A stretch of 35,743 bases of DNA from Desulfobacterales bacterium (GTDB taxonomy: Bacteria; Desulfobacterota; Desulfobacteria; Desulfobacterales; UBA11574). The DNA lies in contig JAUVTO010000003.1 of the NCBI GenBank assembly GCA_030601485.1, forward strand, positions 1-35,743, in the 5' to 3' direction. Positions 32,085-35,743 of the stretch are shown piece after piece. The position numbers and the translations under genes are program-made. Position 1 is the stretch's first letter. The number at the start of each line of letters is the position of its first letter. The notes beneath the pieces were generated by a model. It was not told the origin of the DNA, searched no databases, and saw only the letters and a program-made list of their open reading frames with translations.

Positions 32085-32147
32085 TTCACGGTTCAGATTT
32101 TTGAAGTGAACCTACAATCTCTGAACCTTTGAACCCTGAACGGTGAA
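32085..32147. repeat. Short-unit (TGAACC-type) tandem/inverted repeat
   Basis: TTCACGGTTCAG ... CTGAACC-TTTGAACC-CTGAACG-GTGAA. Confidence 0.55.
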
Positions 32148-32420
32148 ATTAATGTTAAACAACTGTAACTTGAAAATTTTTAAAGCTGCTGGTTTTACAA
32201 TTATTTCCTACAGCATAACCTTCTTTAAGTAGAATTAATCTGATAAATTTGCTATATGTAATTCTCTACACTGTAAAACTGAGAACGTCCATAAAATTTT
32301 TAGCTTTTAAGAAAAAATCCTTCAGGGTTTCGATCAGAAAAAATAACCGGCTTCTCTCGGTTTTGGATAGTCGAAATCGTGGGATTAAACGACTCAACAT
32401 TTATCATAAAAGGGTATCAC

Positions 32421-32615
32421 ATGAGCAATCAAATAGAATGTATGTGTATGCAATGTGGCATATCGATCTATCTTCCCGAAGATTCCGTTATCATGGATGA
32501 TTCGTCCGACGCTGATTCCAAGCTTTTGGACATCCTATTGGTATGCGAGCAATGTGGGGGTCAACTGAGGCTGGTGGGAAAAAGCAGGGATGAGCCTTTT
32601 TACCGGCTCAGGTAA
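32421..32615 (+). CDS. Small Cys-rich protein (64 aa), zinc-ribbon-like
   Basis: AAAGGG RBS, ATG 32421; CMCMQC...acidic linker...CEQCGG. Confidence 0.65.
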   Translation: MSNQIECMCMQCGISIYLPEDSVIMDDSSDADSKLLDILLVCEQCGGQLRLVGKSRDEPFYRLR

Positions 32616-32631
32616 TGGGTATGCTACCGGG

Positions 32632-32976
32632 TTAGAAAAAATGAGTGCGGTACAAGTGGAAGATTTCCGCTTCTTCATCTTCATGCAGAAGCCTGAGCGG
32701 CTCAACTTTCATTTTGCATCGATAATTGGGGGATGTTCCGTACAGGCGACAGATCAACGGCCGGACAGGATAGATAGAACAACCGGTTTCATTTAAATAT
32801 GGACAGGTGTTTCCATGAGCCTTGCCCGGTTTCATTGAGTTTTTTCTAAGGAACGCTTTAACCCGTTCATCCTCAACTTTAGTTCTGGAGGGCACGCCAA
32901 AGTTTTGGCAGCATTCATGGCAGCCGTCGGTACATTGAAAGTCCGGAATCAGATTGTAAATATCTTCAATATCCAT
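32632..32976 (-). CDS. YkgJ-family cysteine-cluster protein
   Basis: FQCTDGCHECC...CPYL...CSIYPVRPLICRLYG; GAGG RBS. Confidence 0.88.
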   Translation of the reverse strand: MDIEDIYNLIPDFQCTDGCHECCQNFGVPSRTKVEDERVKAFLRKNSMKPGKAHGNTCPYLNETGCSIYPVRPLICRLYGTSPNYRCKMKVEPLRLLHEDEEAEIFHLYRTHFF

Positions 32977-33055
32977 TAATTTCCTCGTGTTTTTGAAAAA
33001 GGTATCGAATTTTTGATTATATGGGCCATAATATTGAAAAAAGTCAACTGAAAAA

Positions 33056-33742
33056 ATGATTGTATCTGCAAATCAGCCTTACTTTTTTCCGTATCCCGGT
33101 TTTTTTTACAAAACGCACCGTTCTGATGTTTTTGTAATTCTGGATGACGTTCAGTTCCCCAGGGGAACCACCTGGACCACTCGAAACAGATTTAAAAACC
33201 ACCAGGGAAGCCTATGGATGACATTGCCTGTAAAAAAGAAAGGGTTGGGTCTGCAAAAGATCAACGCTGTCAGGATATGCCATGACGGCCGATGGGGGAA
33301 AAAACATTTGGAGAGCTTGAGAAATGCTTATGCAAAAGCTCCGTATTTTAAGGACCATCTCAACTTTTTAGAGGAGCTTTTTTCAACAAAATTTGAAAAA
33401 CTTATCGATTTAAATCTTAAGATCATCGGTTATTTGATGAAACATCTTCAAATTGAAACAAAGATCACATTATCGTCCGAGCTTGAGATAAAGGCAAAAG
33501 GAGACAACCTTCTCATAGAAATTTGCAGGAGATTGGAGGCATCGCAGTTTTTGGTCCAGAGCGCTGCCAGAAAGCACTTTGATGCAGACAGGTTCAAAAA
33601 AGCGGGGATTCGACTAACGGACGTTAAACCTCCGTCACCGGTTTATCCTCAACTCTGGGGAAGTTTTATTCCCAACCTGTCCGCACTTGACCTTGTTTTC
33701 AATTGCGGATCAAAAGCCCACGACATCATGATCGCCGGATAA
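33056..33742 (+). CDS. WbqC-family protein
   Basis: NQPYFFPYPGFF, DVFVILDDVQF, RNR, YAKAPYF, YPQLWGSFIPNLSALDLVFNCG. Confidence 0.9.
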   Translation: MIVSANQPYFFPYPGFFYKTHRSDVFVILDDVQFPRGTTWTTRNRFKNHQGSLWMTLPVKKKGLGLQKINAVRICHDGRWGKKHLESLRNAYAKAPYFKDHLNFLEELFSTKFEKLIDLNLKIIGYLMKHLQIETKITLSSELEIKAKGDNLLIEICRRLEASQFLVQSAARKHFDADRFKKAGIRLTDVKPPSPVYPQLWGSFIPNLSALDLVFNCGSKAHDIMIAG

Positions 33743-33762
33743 ACCGGGTTAGATTCATACAC

Positions 33763-35673
33763 ATGAAATTCAAACATACAGCTCCATTGGAAAAAATAAT
33801 TCTCATCTCCGCTCCCTGGCCCCTTTACAGCCGTCCCTCAATTCAAATCGGCACTCTGAAGTCCTATCTAAAAAAAAACTTGCCTGACCTGACGGTCCAT
33901 GCGCATCACTTTTATTTAAAAGTCGCCGAGGCCATCGGATACAGACGCTATCAAGCAATTTCCGAGCGAACATGGCTTGCGGAAACCATTTACGCCGCCC
34001 TGTTATATCCGGAACGCCTCGAGCATATTGAAAAAATATTCTATAAGCAGGCTGCCGGCAAATCTCTGCTGCGGGAAATTCTTTTTGAAACCCTAACCAA
34101 ACAGGTTCAGAAGGTTTCCGAGACTTTTATACACACCATTAACTGGGGGGGATATGGTTTGGCGGGTTTTTCCATATGTCTTTGCCAGTTAACTGCGTCA
34201 CTCTATTTCATCAGGCAGGTTAAAAAGCAATTCCCGAATCTTTTTATTGTTGTGGGCGGTTCCATGTCCACCGCTGATGCAACACGGAATCTGTTTAAAA
34301 TTTTTCCGGAAATTGATGTTGCGATCAACGGCGAAGGTGAACTTCCCCTGAGCCGATTGATTGCTTATCTCAAAGATCCGGGGGGTAAGGAAATGCCTCC
34401 GGTTAATGGGATTATCACATCAGAATCCGCTGAAAAAGAAACACCGGCCGCGTTTCATCAGATGAATGAGTTATCCGCTCTTGTTCCTCCGGATTACGAC
34501 GACTACTTTGAATTGCTGCAATCATTCGGACCGGAGAAAACTTTCTTTCCAACACTTCCCATGGAAATCTCAAGAGGGTGCTGGTGGCGCCGCAAACAAA
34601 AAGGCGAAAAATCTACAGGATGTGCCTTCTGCAATCTAAATCTCCAGTGGGACGGTTACCGATCAAAAGACCCGGAACAGGTGGTTTCGGAGATTGATCA
34701 TCTGACAACCAAGCATAAAACACTTTCCGTAGCCTTTATGGACAACCTTCTCCCTTTGAAAACATCCCGGGACATCTTTAATCGCCTATCAAGACTGGGA
34801 AAGGATTTTCGCCTGTTCGGAGAAATCAGGGCCACCACTCCGGGGTCCGTACTGAAAGCCATGCAGACCGCCGGAATGCAAGAGGTCCAGATCGGTATAG
34901 AGGCGCTAAGCACACGGCTCCTCAAGAAACTCAACAAAGGAACCACGACAATCCAGAATATTGAAATCATGAAACATTGCGAAATAACGGGCATTGCAAA
35001 TTCATCGAATCTGATACTCTATTTCCCGGGTAGCGACCAAAAAGATGTGGACGAAACGCTTCGGAACCTGGATTTTGTTCTGTGGTTTCGTCCGTTAAAG
35101 ATGGTTCACTTCTGGCTCGGTCTGGGCAGCCCTGTATGTCAGAACCCTGAAACCTTCGGACTCAGATCTGTTTTCAACCACCGTAATTATGCCGTCTTAT
35201 TTCCACCGAACGTTTTTAAAGCCATGCGTTTTACCATTCAGTCCTATCGAGGCGACCTCGGGCATCAGAGAAAACTCTGGCAGCCGGTCAAAAAAAAGCT
35301 GGCTGCCTGGAAAAAGTCGTATGACGAACTCCATAAGGGTCCAAAACATGAGAACATTTTAACCTTTCGTGACGGCAGAAATTTTATGATCATACGTCAG
35401 AAAAGACTCAACGGCCGAGCCCTGACACACCGCCTGGAGGGAACGTCCCGGGCAATCTATCTTTTTTGCCTGCGGCACCGGTCTTTAAAAAGAATCCTTG
35501 CCCGGTTCCCGTCGATGGCTGCAGACAGGATCGAGCCTTTTTTAAAAATAATGGTCGATAAAAAGCTGATGTTTCGAGAAAACGATAAATATCTGAGCTT
35601 AGCCGTACCTGCCAGCCTGCATTGGTCAACCTCAATTTCTAATCCGCCAAATCAAAACGTGAATTTATTTTGA
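33763..35673 (+). CDS. B12-dependent radical SAM enzyme, RiPP-maturation C-methyltransferase type (TIGR03975-like)
   Basis: PW...PSIQIGTLK, IVVGG, NGEGE (cobalamin domain); SRGCWW...CAFCNLN; YRSK; FMDN; QIGIEALS; start likely ATG 33763. Confidence 0.87.
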   Translation: MKFKHTAPLEKIILISAPWPLYSRPSIQIGTLKSYLKKNLPDLTVHAHHFYLKVAEAIGYRRYQAISERTWLAETIYAALLYPERLEHIEKIFYKQAAGKSLLREILFETLTKQVQKVSETFIHTINWGGYGLAGFSICLCQLTASLYFIRQVKKQFPNLFIVVGGSMSTADATRNLFKIFPEIDVAINGEGELPLSRLIAYLKDPGGKEMPPVNGIITSESAEKETPAAFHQMNELSALVPPDYDDYFELLQSFGPEKTFFPTLPMEISRGCWWRRKQKGEKSTGCAFCNLNLQWDGYRSKDPEQVVSEIDHLTTKHKTLSVAFMDNLLPLKTSRDIFNRLSRLGKDFRLFGEIRATTPGSVLKAMQTAGMQEVQIGIEALSTRLLKKLNKGTTTIQNIEIMKHCEITGIANSSNLILYFPGSDQKDVDETLRNLDFVLWFRPLKMVHFWLGLGSPVCQNPETFGLRSVFNHRNYAVLFPPNVFKAMRFTIQSYRGDLGHQRKLWQPVKKKLAAWKKSYDELHKGPKHENILTFRDGRNFMIIRQKRLNGRALTHRLEGTSRAIYLFCLRHRSLKRILARFPSMAADRIEPFLKIMVDKKLMFRENDKYLSLAVPASLHWSTSISNPPNQNVNLF

Positions 35674-35677
35674 GCCC

Positions 35678-35743
35678 TTAGGGTTCGCGAAGAAATAAAT
35701 TTACATTTTCAGGAGTCGAGGCGCCCGCATGGCAAGGCGCGGG
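35678..35743. repeat. Possible left end of another intergenic repeat element (truncated by window end)
   Basis: Non-coding; starts right after the rSAM stop; AT-rich, then GC-rich hairpin-prone sequence like the other MITE-like elements; partner end not visible. Confidence 0.25.

Noticed and set aside
32249-32500. 83-aa plus-strand ORF and the GTG extension of the small Cys protein to 32379
   Set aside because: AT-rich promoter-like region; ATG 32421 has the better RBS

Overview
The window looks like core chromosome from a sulfate-reducing Desulfobacterota, probably Desulfobacterales. That assignment is inferred from the 16S 5' region, the split atp operon and the gene order. Bases 1-20 kb are a minus-strand housekeeping block: ldcA-like, serine hydrolase, mreBCD-mrdA-rodA, bactofilin, atpF'FHAGDC, a GlmU N-terminal-domain-only gene, zapBA, 6S RNA, rny, tyrS, and the rrn promoter with the 16S 5' end. 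A more variable region follows tRNA-Pro(GGG). It holds a small very basic coiled-coil/Lys-Ala/winged-helix protein (candidate nucleoid protein), Yip1 and LUD proteins, and a methyltransferase + Tat-exported DUF362 + membrane polyferredoxin operon. It also holds a broken FmdE-like remnant, a HesB/IscA selenoprotein that the ORF track truncates (in-frame TGA plus SECIS-like hairpin), an FmdB zinc-ribbon protein, and glnS-gltX. The window ends with a cluster of a small Cys protein, YkgJ, WbqC and a B12-dependent radical SAM enzyme with an unusual CX13CX2C motif. Several MITE/REP-like palindromic elements occupy intergenic spacers. No CRISPR array, integrase or transposase was seen. All family assignments come from motif recognition by eye; no searches were run.
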